Origin: an uncultured Chitinophagaceae bacterium
Lineage (GTDB): Bacteria; Bacteroidota; Bacteroidia; Chitinophagales; Chitinophagaceae
DNA length: 64,000 bases
Direction: 5' to 3'
Assembly: GCA_963800635.1 (NCBI GenBank)
Contig: CAWDCB010000018.1
Span: 59,033-123,032 of the forward strand
In this document: positions 1 to 9,375 of the stretch, one piece after another
Position numbering within the stretch: the stretch's first letter is position 1
Layout: every line of letters starts with the position of its first letter
The notes under the pieces: generated by a model
The model's input: only the letters and a program-made list of their open reading frames with translations
Told to the model about the DNA's origin: nothing
Database searches by the model: none
Program-made: the position numbers and the translations under genes

Positions 1-7
1 TCACTAT

Positions 8-851
8 TTATTTATTCGGTAACTTTTTACCATTTCTCCTCTGAATAATCATTTTATCTGATCCTTTGCCACGTGTACGGGTGATTTGTCCTTTAGCATA
101 TTTACCTGTTCTGCTGCGCGGATGGCCACCTGAAGCTTTACCTTCACCACCACCCATCGGGTGATCAACCGGGTTCATCGCAACACCTCTTGTTCTTGGC
201 CTGATGCCTCTCCACCTGTTTCTGCCTGCTTTACCCATGCTTTGCAGGTTATGGTCGCTGTTGCTTACCACACCTACAGTTGCATAACAGTTGATCAATA
301 TTTTTCTTAGTTCGCCACTTGGCATTTTCAAAACAGCATATTTATCTTCTTTATTGGCAAGCTGGGCAGATGAACCTGCGCTTCTTGCAAGCTTACCACC
401 CTGGCCCGGTTGCATTTCAATATTATGAACTACAGTTCCCAAAGGAATATTTTTAAGCATCAGGGCATTCCCAAGTTCCGGCGCTACCGTATCGCCGCTT
501 ATAATAGTAGCCGCCAACCTGTAAGCCCTGCGGAGCAAGAATGTATCTTTTTTCACCATCAGCAAAAGCAATCAAAGCAATAAATGCACTTCTGTTTGGA
601 TCGTATTCAATTGTTTTTACAGTTGCAGGAATATCTTTTTTATCTCTTTTAAAATCAATCACCCGATACATTCTTTTGTGCCCGCCACCAAGATAGCGCA
701 TACTTCTGCGGCCCTGTGCATTACGCCCGGCAGTATGATGTACTTTTTCAACCAGACTTTTTTCAGGCTCGTTGGTAGTAACTTCAGCATAGGCATTGCC
801 TATTCTCCAGCGGGTTCCTGCGGTAGTTGGTTTATATTTTCTTAATGCCAT
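8..851 (-). CDS. rplB: 50S ribosomal protein L2 (split by one indel near ~500)
   Basis: [12 protein letters not shown] start; [31 protein letters not shown] motifs across ORFs 453..896 and 8..571. Confidence 0.97.
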
Positions 852-917
852 GATAATTTCTATTTTAGTCCCCGATAACTTACCAGGATTATTCATATTA
901 ATTAATTACACTGCTGT

Positions 918-1215
918 TTATACATTACCGTACAGGTCAATTGTTTCTCCTTCAGCACGGTTACTATTGCTTTTTTTTTTGCAGGCTTGCGGCCTGTAAC
1001 CAATCCGGCTTTTGTATTACGCTGCTTTACTTTAGAAGGCATAATCAATGTATTAACATCCTCAACCTGGATACCATAAAATTCTTCTACAGCTTTTTTA
1101 ATTTCCAGCTTATTTGCCTTCCTGTTAACGATGAAAGTATAGCGGTTATACTTTTCAGTTAGCGGTTTACCTTTTCTGACAATACAGGTTTTATTAAAAC
1201 TTCAGACAATTTCAT
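918..1215 (-). CDS. rplW: 50S ribosomal protein L23 (two apparent indels, missed by ORF track)
   Basis: Manual translation: MKLSEVLIKPVLSEK..YTFIVNRKANKLEIKKAVEEFYGIQVEDVNT..KKAIVT..GETIDLYGNV*; lies between rplD and rplB. Confidence 0.93.
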
Positions 1216-1266
1216 GTATTAATTTAAATTTAAATTTGAAAATTTAAAATTACTCGCCTTTAATTT

Positions 1267-1936
1267 TCAATTAGCCATTTTCAAATTTTCACATTGCATT
1301 CTGTTTTCTTCTTCGTTTTCTTCTACAAATATTTTTGCCGCACTTTCAGTAAATACCACCGTATCTGCATTTACAATATCATAAGTATTAATATCACTTA
1401 ACAAGGTTCCGTTTACAGATGGAACATTTCTAAAGCTTTTGTAAACATTTTCATTATGTTCAGGCATTATGAATAATGTTTTTCTGCTTCCGGGAGCTAT
1501 AGCTGTTGAAAATGCCTGTGAACTGCTTTGTATCTGGTGCATCCATCGTAATATCTTCAACAACAAATATTTTGTTTTCTTTTGCTTTACTGCTAAGGCG
1601 CTGATTTTAGCAAGGTCTTTCACTTTACGGTTAAGCTTAAAATCGTAACCGTGTGGCTTTGGCCCAAAAACAGTACCACCACCTTTATATAAAGGATTAC
1701 GAAGATTACCTTTACGGCTTCCACCGGTTCCTTTTTGCTTATGAAGCTTTTTAGAAGAACCTTCTACTTCAGCACGGGTTTTAACTTTATGAGTACCCTG
1801 GCGCTGTGCAGCAAGATATTGTTTTACGGCAAGCTAGATAACATGGTTATTAGGCTCTGCACCAAATATATCATCAGGCAATTCAATGGTTCTGCCCGGT
1901 TTTTTCTCCTTCTATATTTATTATTTCTAATTGCAT
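1267..1936 (-). CDS. rplD: 50S ribosomal protein L4 (several indels)
   Basis: QGTHKVKTRAEVEGSSKKLHKQKGTGGSRKG, GGGTVFGPKP and INTYDIVNADTVVFTESA segments; operon position. Confidence 0.93.
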
Positions 1937-1937
1937 G

Positions 1938-2555
1938 TTACTTCTGAATTAAAAGGATGGAACCATTATGGCCGGGAACCGAACCACTTATTAATAGATA
2001 ATTTTTTTCAGGAAAAATCTTCACGACTTTCAGGCCTTTTATCTGTACCTTATCGTTGCCCATACGGCCGGCCATGCGCATTCCTTTAAAAACCCTTGCA
2101 GGATAAGAAGAGCCGCCAACTGAACCCGGAGCCCTTGACCTGTCGTGCTGGCCATGTGACTGCCCGCCCACACCATGAAAGCCATGGCGTTTTACAACAC
2201 CCTGGAAACCTTTGCCTTTGGTAGTGCCCACGACATTTACTTTATCGCCTTCGTTAAATATGTCAACAGTAATAGTGTCTCCAATATTTTTATCTGTTTC
2301 GCTATCGCGTATTTCTTTTATGAATTTTTTTGCCGGGGTATTTGCTTTGGCAAAGTGATTTTTTTCCGAGAGGAGGGTATGCTTTTCTTTTTTGTCGCCA
2401 AAAGCGATCTGGAGTGCATTATATCCGTCAGTATCTACAGTTTTTTTCTGCGTAACCACGCATGGCCCGGCTTCAATAATGGTCACAGCAGTTTGCCTGC
2501 CATTAGTATCGAAAATGCTGGTCATGCCAACTTTCTTTCCAATAATACTTTTCAT
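1938..2555 (-). CDS. rplC: 50S ribosomal protein L3
   Basis: GKKVGMT, KGKGFQGVVKRHGF, GMRMAGRMG motifs. Confidence 0.98.
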   Translation of the reverse strand: MKSIIGKKVGMTSIFDTNGRQTAVTIIEAGPCVVTQKKTVDTDGYNALQIAFGDKKEKHTLLSEKNHFAKANTPAKKFIKEIRDSETDKNIGDTITVDIFNEGDKVNVVGTTKGKGFQGVVKRHGFHGVGGQSHGQHDRSRAPGSVGGSSYPARVFKGMRMAGRMGNDKVQIKGLKVVKIFPEKNYLLISGSVPGHNGSILLIQK

Positions 2556-2649
2556 TTCTATTTTATTATACCCAGCGCTCCATACCTGTTAATATTCAGT
2601 ATTGGAGATGGATGTTACAATTTTATATAAGAACTTTAACCTCATCCGT

Positions 2650-2669
2650 CCTTCTCCAAAGGAGAAGGG
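2650..2669. repeat. REP-like hairpin CCTTCTCCAAAGGAGAAGGG
   Basis: 8-bp stem CCTTCTCC/GGAGAAGG with AAA loop; 16 identical bp recur at 57955-57970. Confidence 0.65.
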
Positions 2670-2680
2670 GAAGAAGGCAC

Positions 2681-2986
2681 TTATGCTTTTATCTCAACAT
2701 CAACACCAGAAGGCAAATCAAGCTTTGATAATGCATCCACGGTTCTGGAACTGCTGGTGTAAATATCCAGCAAACGCTTGTGCGTACACAATTGAAACTG
2801 CTCACGTGCTTTTTTATTCACATGAGGAGAACGCAAAACAGTAAATATTTTTTTATGTGTAGGTAAAGGAATTGGCCCTGTAACCACTGCACCGGTACTG
2901 CGTACGGTCTTAACAATTTTTTCTGCTGATTTATCAACAAGATTGTGATCGTAAGACTGAAGTTTAATCCTGATTCGTTGAGACAT
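2681..2986 (-). CDS. rpsJ: 30S ribosomal protein S10
   Basis: [31 protein letters not shown]. Confidence 0.98.
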   Translation of the reverse strand: MSQRIRIKLQSYDHNLVDKSAEKIVKTVRSTGAVVTGPIPLPTHKKIFTVLRSPHVNKKAREQFQLCTHKRLLDIYTSSSRTVDALSKLDLPSGVDVEIKA

Positions 2987-3026
2987 ATTTAAAGAACTTT
3001 TATCCGACCAATTTATTTTGGGAGTG

Positions 3027-3057
3027 CAAAGGTAGGGGTAATGATTTAAACAACAAA
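3027..3057 (-). promoter_or_regulatory. Bacteroidota primary-sigma promoter of the S10 operon
   Basis: Minus strand TTTG(3057-3054)-N19-TACCTTTG(3034-3027), matching the -33/-7 consensus TTTG..TAnnTTTG. Confidence 0.8.
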
Positions 3058-3133
3058 GAATTAATTAATAAATACGCAAAATATTTTGCTAATTTACTGG
3101 CATAAAATTTATCTTACGCATTAAAATTATAAT

Positions 3134-3672
3134 ATGGCAAATAATAACACAAGCAATGGCAGCAATCCATTATCCGATTTACAAGATTCGGAAAAAGACA
3201 TAGCCGCAATGAGATCCGAACCCGTTACAATCGATTTACCTGATGTAAAAGATATTCCCGGCCAGGAAAATATTGTGCCCGCATCATTTGGTGAATTGGC
3301 AGATGTAACGATAGCTTCAGCAGATGAAGAAGCAGATGAACTTTTTAATGATGATACAGATGAAGAAACTGAAGATGATACCGATTCGGATGTAACTGCG
3401 GCTGAAATAGAAGACCTGGAAGAAACAGCGACCAATATGCCCACAAGGGATGATATCAGTTTACAGGAAGCTGCGTTGGACAATACTGATGACGATGGAA
3501 CTCCGTTAAATGAGGCGGGCCTAAAAATAATCTCAGCGGCGCAGATCTGGATGTTCCCGGCGAAGAAGACGATGATGCCAATGAGGAAATAGGAGAGGAA
3601 GATGAAGAAAATAACGAATATAGCCTCGGCGGTGACAATCACGATGATACACCGGGAGATCAACTTCAAATA
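3134..3672 (+). CDS. Highly acidic hypothetical protein (indel near 3520; end approximate)
   Basis: D/E-rich ORF that continues in a shifted frame as DLDVPGEEDDDANEEIGEEDEENNEYSLGGDNHD. Confidence 0.7.
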
Positions 3673-3822
3673 ACTGTCAAACTAACATTTTTATCAGAGT
3701 TTTATAAAATGTCAGGCAATTCTGAAAAAATTTCAGCTTAAATATTTCTCTCTTCCAATGGCATTTATGTTTGATGACATTAATAGTCAATTAATTTATT
3801 AACTATTAAAAAGGAGGTACAT

Positions 3823-4270
3823 ATGTCACTTGTAAAAAGAAATGGCAGGTCCAACAGTTCTGCCTTCAATTTGGGATAATTTTTTTGACCGCGATGTATT
3901 TAACTGGGGTAGCAATTTTGCAAATACCGGTAACAGTATGCCTGCGGTAAACATCAAAGAAACACCGGAAAGCTTTGTAGTTGAAATGGCTGCTCCTGGC
4001 ATGGAAAAAAAGGATTTTAAAATTGAGCTGGACGGCTCCGCCCTTACAATCAGTTCAGAAAAACAAAATGAATCTGAAGAAAAAGAAGGTGAAAATTATA
4101 ACAGGAAAGAATTCAGTTATCAATCATTTTACCGGACATTTCATTTACCTAAAGAAGTGGTAAATGCAGATAAAATCCAGGCAAAATATGAAAATGGATT
4201 ATTACGCCTTGAAATTCCAAAACGCGAGGAAGCAAAACAAAAACCGGCAAGGCTTATAGATATTCAATAA
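3823..4270 (+). CDS. Hsp20/alpha-crystallin small heat-shock protein (indel near 5' end)
   Basis: MSLVKRNG start at 3823; PAVNIKE, APGMEKKDFKI, FYRTFHLP, AKYENGLLRLEIPK. Confidence 0.93.
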
Positions 4271-4295
4271 TTCAGATTTCGTAAATTATAATTAC

Positions 4296-4327
4296 AAAAG
4301 GCTCCGATTATTGTGGAGCCTTTTTTA
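4296..4327 (+). terminator. Intrinsic terminator after hsp20
   Basis: AAAAGGCTCC..GGAGCCTTTTTTT stem plus U-tract. Confidence 0.85.
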
Positions 4328-4403
4328 TATAGGTTAACTAAAATTGATTTTTATTCATAAACAAATGCACAAAAGGAACTAAATATTATTGTAATTTGAG
4401 CTA

Positions 4404-5195
4404 ATGAATTTACCTGATTTTACAACACCTGCATGGATTCTTATTCTTACTTTGATTTTTTTTATAATCATCACCGGCAGGTATTTTTTAGTTGCGGGAC
4501 TTTTCTATTTAATATTTTATGTATGGTTTCCTGCCAAATGGAAAAGCCGCAAAATAAATTCGAAAAATTATAAGCGTGGGCAATTTACAATTGAAGTAAA
4601 ATGGAGCATGATCACCGCTTTGCTATTTTCCGTTGCCGGAACTGCAACGATGATTTTATGGCAAAAAGGATATACCAAAGTTTATACTGATGCAGGTTTA
4701 TATGGCTGGTGGTATTTACCCGTGAGCCTTATTATTTTTATGTTACTCCATGAAACTTATTATTACTGGCTTCACCGCTGGATGCATAAACCTGCTGTTT
4801 TCAAAATTGTGCATAAAGTGCATCACGACAGTAATATAACAAGCCCCTTTACTGCGTTTTCATTTCATCCGCTTGAAGGATTATTGCAGGCAATTTTTTT
4901 GCCAATCATGCTGATGATTTTGCCTATGCATTATTATGTAATTATAATTCAGCTAACAATCATGACCATCAGCAGCGTTATCAATCACCTTGATATAGAA
5001 ATTTATCCCAAAAAATTTAACAATAATTTTTTTGGCAGATGGCTTATCGGTGCTACACATCATTCCTTACATCACAAGCAATTTAAATATAACTATGGCT
5101 TGTACTTCACCTTTTGGGATAAAATAAAAAAAACAGAGAGCCCTGTTTTTAAAAAGCTTTTTGAAACAACTGACGGAGAAGAAATTAGAAATTAG
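4404..5195 (+). CDS. Sterol desaturase / fatty acid hydroxylase family protein
   Basis: His boxes YYWLHRWMH, HKVHH, HHSLHH..NYG. Confidence 0.9.
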   Translation: MNLPDFTTPAWILILTLIFFIIITGRYFLVAGLFYLIFYVWFPAKWKSRKINSKNYKRGQFTIEVKWSMITALLFSVAGTATMILWQKGYTKVYTDAGLYGWWYLPVSLIIFMLLHETYYYWLHRWMHKPAVFKIVHKVHHDSNITSPFTAFSFHPLEGLLQAIFLPIMLMILPMHYYVIIIQLTIMTISSVINHLDIEIYPKKFNNNFFGRWLIGATHHSLHHKQFKYNYGLYFTFWDKIKKTESPVFKKLFETTDGEEIRN

Positions 5196-5326
5196 AAATT
5201 AAAAATTAGAAAGTGGATGCAATGTATCTTTCGCCGGGCTTTCAACACTTGAAAAATATGTATTTATTGTGGACTTCTATACCACCTACGATGAAAATCT
5301 TAACGTTAAATTTATAACTTTCGCGA

Positions 5327-6295
5327 ATGAGTAAAATTATAACTAAGGTATTCCTCGCCGGCCTGTTCCTGTTACTTCTTTCCAACATTTATTCGCAATC
5401 TATTAAATACCCATACCCTGTTCATTACTTTTCTATTGAATCTTGATGCTCAACCCGTTCAAATGGCGTATATGGATGTGAAACCTTCGAAACCAAACGG
5501 AAAGTCCATACTGCTTTTTCACGGCAAAAATTTTAGTGGCTTTTACTGGAAAGATGTTATACCGGCTCTTGTAAATGCAGGCTACAGGGTTATAGCACCC
5601 GACCAGGTTGGATGGGGCGAAAGCAGCAAGCCAAATATTAAGTACAGCTTTGAACTTCTCGCTGCATAATAATAAACTGTTGCTTGATTCATTAGGAATA
5701 AAAAATATTTATGTAATTGGCCATTCGATGGGCGGTATGCTGGCTACACGTTTCACTTTAATGTATCCGCAAATGGTTACCAGATTAATTCTTGAAGACC
5801 CGCTTGGGACTGGAAGATTATAAGAAATTTATTCCGCTTCAACCAATAGAGGCTCTTTACAAGAAAGAATTGACGGCTACCTACGCATCTTATAAAAAAT
5901 ACCAGGAATCATATTACCCGGCATGGAAACCAGAATATGAAATCTACGTACAAGTGCAGGCCGAAGCATTAAAGCAGAAGGATTTCGCGAGCGTTGCCTG
6001 GGTTAATGCCCTAACATGGCAAATGATATATGAACAGCCGGTTTTATATGAATTTACTAAACTCTCACTACCTGTATTACTTATAGTTGGCGAAAAGGAC
6101 CGCACAATATTGGGGAAAGACTTACTTACTAAGGAACAACAAAAAACCCATGGCAATTTCCCCCGGTTGGCTTCAAAAGCAGCGGCCCAAATGAAAAACG
6201 CCCTGGTAAAGGTAATACCCGGCGTTGGGCACATCCCTCATATACAAACAACCTCTATTTTTACCAAAGATATTCTTGAGTTTCTAAAAAAATAA
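5327..6295 (+). CDS. Secreted alpha/beta hydrolase (split by indels)
   Basis: Signal peptide; LLFHGKNF, PDQVGWG, GHSMGG nucleophile elbow, GHIPH. Confidence 0.88.
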
Positions 6296-6418
6296 ATTAG
6301 CCACAACATATCGCAGTACCTGGTTATAAGACATTCATAGTCAGGCTAATTCATTCAATATACAAAGAGTGAATTAAAAACCTTATCTTCGCAGCTAATT
6401 TTTTTAAACAACAATACA

Positions 6419-6622
6419 ATGGACAACAAAACAACAGGAACTGTAAAATTTTTCAACACTGAAAAAGGCTTCGGTTTTATTAAACACGATGATTCTTCAA
6501 AAGAAACATTCGTACATGCAAGCGGGCTGATCGATGAAATTAAAGAAAACGACAAAGTAGAATTTGACTTGCAAAGCGGGCAAAAAGGCATGAATGCCGT
6601 TAATGTGAAATTAATCGGCTAA
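6419..6622 (+). CDS. Cold-shock protein (CspA family)
   Basis: GTVKFFNTEKGFGFI, FVHAS RNP motifs. Confidence 0.95.
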   Translation: MDNKTTGTVKFFNTEKGFGFIKHDDSSKETFVHASGLIDEIKENDKVEFDLQSGQKGMNAVNVKLIG

Positions 6623-6642
6623 AATCGATATTTCCAAAAGTT

Positions 6643-6670
6643 AAGGGGCAACTTAAGGTTGCCCTTTTTT
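6643..6670. terminator. Terminator hairpin between convergent genes
   Basis: AGGGGCAAC..GTTGCCCTTTTTT. Confidence 0.75.
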
Positions 6671-7270
6671 ATTTTGCTTCAATCTCTTAAAATCAGGAAC
6701 CAGCATAGGAACCCGGGAAATATAATCTTCATACAGGCTTCCGAATTCAATCAGTAATTTTTTTTCTTCTAACCTCGTCCCGATCAATACATAACCGCTT
6801 ATTATAAACACTGCGATTAGATTATTAAGCATCGGAAAAATAAAAAACAATCCCCAGATAAATAACAAGGTACCGAGGTATAATGGATGTCTTACATAAT
6901 TGTGAATTCCATCCAGCTTCAATTCTGTTGATGGATTGGGCTCATACAGCGTACGAACACCACTCAATAGTTTAAAATATTTCAAAATGGAGATCAGCAT
7001 AAGTAGTACGCCCGGCGCTACCAGAATTGCTATGGAAATATATTTTAGAGCTTTGAAATTAATTAAGCGTGGGCTGAAAAATGAGTATTGAAAAATCAAA
7101 ATGAGCACTAAGGTAACAGCCGCGAAAATGGTATACGCGAGCCTGTAATACCTAAAAAATCCACCGGAAACCTTTTCAAAAAATCGCTTCACTTTATCCG
7201 CAGCCAGGAAGCTATGAATGAAGCTGTAAAGTATCCATGAAAAAACAAGAAGCCAGTGATTTGAATCCAA
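6653..7270 (-). CDS. Isoprenylcysteine carboxyl methyltransferase / NnrU-like membrane protein
   Basis: HSFLA, YVRHPLYLG, EEKKL..FG..YEDY...VP motifs. Confidence 0.85.
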   Translation of the reverse strand: MDSNHWLLVFSWILYSFIHSFLAADKVKRFFEKVSGGFFRYYRLAYTIFAAVTLVLILIFQYSFFSPRLINFKALKYISIAILVAPGVLLMLISILKYFKLLSGVRTLYEPNPSTELKLDGIHNYVRHPLYLGTLLFIWGLFFIFPMLNNLIAVFIISGYVLIGTRLEEKKLLIEFGSLYEDYISRVPMLVPDFKRLKQNKKGQP

Positions 7271-7412
7271 TTCTTTTTTTTCAAAAGGTAAGAAAATTTA
7301 ACGCACACTTTTAATAAAGATGTAAGAGAGGCCTTGTTAAATATTTAGAAAATAACTGTATTTATTTAACCGTAAACATATATTTGCAACTTTAAATTAT
7401 TAAAAATTATAA

Positions 7413-8306
7413 ATGGAAAAGAATTTACTCTTTATTGCGATTATAGTAAGCGTAACAACAGGTTGCTCACATAAAATAACCGGCACATCCGGCACTTCTA
7501 ACCAACGCGAAATAGCACCCACCGTAAATATTTTGAAAGGCCAAAAGTATATGGTGGAAAATAAGATCTCTACAAAAAGCACATCGGAAATGCAGGGACA
7601 AAATATGGAATCAACCGCAGATGTTACCTCTGTTTATGCCATTGAGGTTAACGATGTGAAGGATAACAACTACAATATGACCAACTCGATTTCTGCAATT
7701 AAAATGAATATGAGTACGATGGGCCAGAATGTAAATTTCGATTCGGATAAAAAGGAAGACATGGATGGACAAATAGGAAGTACTATTAAAGATTATATTC
7801 ATCAGCCGAAAGCAGTGGTAATGGACAAATGGGGGAATGTAATTGTTTCTAAACAAACAGATACTTCAAAAGCAAATAGCGCGATGTCTCAAACTGAAAT
7901 GATGTTAAAACAAATGGGTGATCCTGAACAACAGGGCTATGGGGCCAAGATGGCTTTCCTGGCTATTTCTAAAAATGCCAAAGTTGGCACTTCATGGAAA
8001 GATTCTACTTCTGCTGATGGCATTACAAGGGTAACTAATTATTCTGTTAAAGAAATAAATGGCAATACGGCAACCATTGCTATCGCGGGAACTGAAAGCA
8101 GGGATACTAAAATTGAAATGCAGGGGATGGAAATAACTACAAAAACAACCGGTAAATTTACCGGCGAAGAAAGTGTCGACGTTAATACCGGTGTTATTTT
8201 ACAAAATAATATTTCGGCGGATACAGCCGGAACTATCGGTGTTATGGGCCAGGAGATTCCCACCAGTGTTAAAGCAACTTCTATAACCACGGTCAAGCCA
8301 ATGTAG
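7413..8306 (+). CDS. Hypothetical lipoprotein (DUF6263-like)
   Basis: Lipobox TTGC; MGQNVNFDSDK, KVGTSWKD; promoter TATATTTG at 7379. Confidence 0.7.
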   Translation: MEKNLLFIAIIVSVTTGCSHKITGTSGTSNQREIAPTVNILKGQKYMVENKISTKSTSEMQGQNMESTADVTSVYAIEVNDVKDNNYNMTNSISAIKMNMSTMGQNVNFDSDKKEDMDGQIGSTIKDYIHQPKAVVMDKWGNVIVSKQTDTSKANSAMSQTEMMLKQMGDPEQQGYGAKMAFLAISKNAKVGTSWKDSTSADGITRVTNYSVKEINGNTATIAIAGTESRDTKIEMQGMEITTKTTGKFTGEESVDVNTGVILQNNISADTAGTIGVMGQEIPTSVKATSITTVKPM

Positions 8307-8356
8307 CTGGATGCAATTAAGCCTGCTAATGTTTTTAGGGGATGTTCTAAAATATA

Positions 8357-9142
8357 TTACTGAAATTCGGAAAGGCAGGCTGCAGATATCTTATTCGATT
8401 TTTTTTCCTGGAGAAATAAAGCAACGGAAAAGTTTTTTAAATCCGGCGATGCCGGCAAGTCAATTTCAGAAACATTGTCACCCTGGCTGATCTTCGCAAT
8501 CGTTTTGAAATTTCTTACTACATTATAATTGGTGAGTGTAACTCCCCCGTTTTCGCCGGCTTTTATTTCAGTAGTTGCTTTTTTCTGGATGAGCGCAACA
8601 TTCAAAGAAAAGTTCTCCATATTTCCTGAGGCCACATAACTTATATGCGCCTGCCCGTTTTCTGGCTTCACTGCTTTAATGGTAAGTTCTGCATCAGGCT
8701 CCTGTGCTAAAACTTTTTTTACAGCCGCAGCAATTTTATTGGCGTCGCTGCCAACCATTTCACTTTGCCCGTTGATAACAAGCTGCGGTGTATATACTCC
8801 CGAGTGCATTGCAGATGCATAATGATATTGCCTGTTCGTAAAATCTTTTGAACTAAAGGGATCTTTCCAGCCAAGCCGGTCCCAGTAATCAACATGAAAC
8901 GAAAGCACGATCACATTTTCTTTTGAAGAATACGTCCCAAGCAGCCTGTCTGCCGGTGGGCAGCTTGAGCAGCCCTGTGAAGTAAACAATTCCAGAACTG
9001 CGACATCTTTAGGGCCACTTTTTCCTAAAACGCCTTGTACGGATTGCGACTTTTCTTTTACCTTATGGCTGGATGCACCTGTACAAAACAACAAGGTGAA
9101 AAGCGGAAGCGATAACATTACCGCATAAACTGACTGCTTCAT
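8357..9142 (-). CDS. DUF1223 thioredoxin-like secreted protein
   Basis: VLELFTSQGCSSCPPAD, FHVDYWD..GWKDPF, YTPQLVING. Confidence 0.92.
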   Translation of the reverse strand: MKQSVYAVMLSLPLFTLLFCTGASSHKVKEKSQSVQGVLGKSGPKDVAVLELFTSQGCSSCPPADRLLGTYSSKENVIVLSFHVDYWDRLGWKDPFSSKDFTNRQYHYASAMHSGVYTPQLVINGQSEMVGSDANKIAAAVKKVLAQEPDAELTIKAVKPENGQAHISYVASGNMENFSLNVALIQKKATTEIKAGENGGVTLTNYNVVRNFKTIAKISQGDNVSEIDLPASPDLKNFSVALFLQEKKSNKISAACLSEFQ

Positions 9143-9375
9143 AATTTATTTTTTGGTTGATAAAAGTACGAACTATCATTCCAGATAGTTTCAGCTTTCA
9201 GCGTCGTGTCAATTGTGGAAGGAGTTTGGCAGGCTTAGACCGGTGTGCTAAACGGTCTAAACAACCTCAACCTTCTAAACACTGCCAAATCCGTTCATTC
9301 TAAATCTGCTTCAACACGAGTTAATTTAACTTCAAGCCTATATTTCATTACTATGGTTAGTATTACTTTTACGCG

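Noticed and set aside
3127-3669. 180-aa Ser-rich minus-strand ORF
   Set aside because: It is the antisense shadow of the acidic plus-strand gene.
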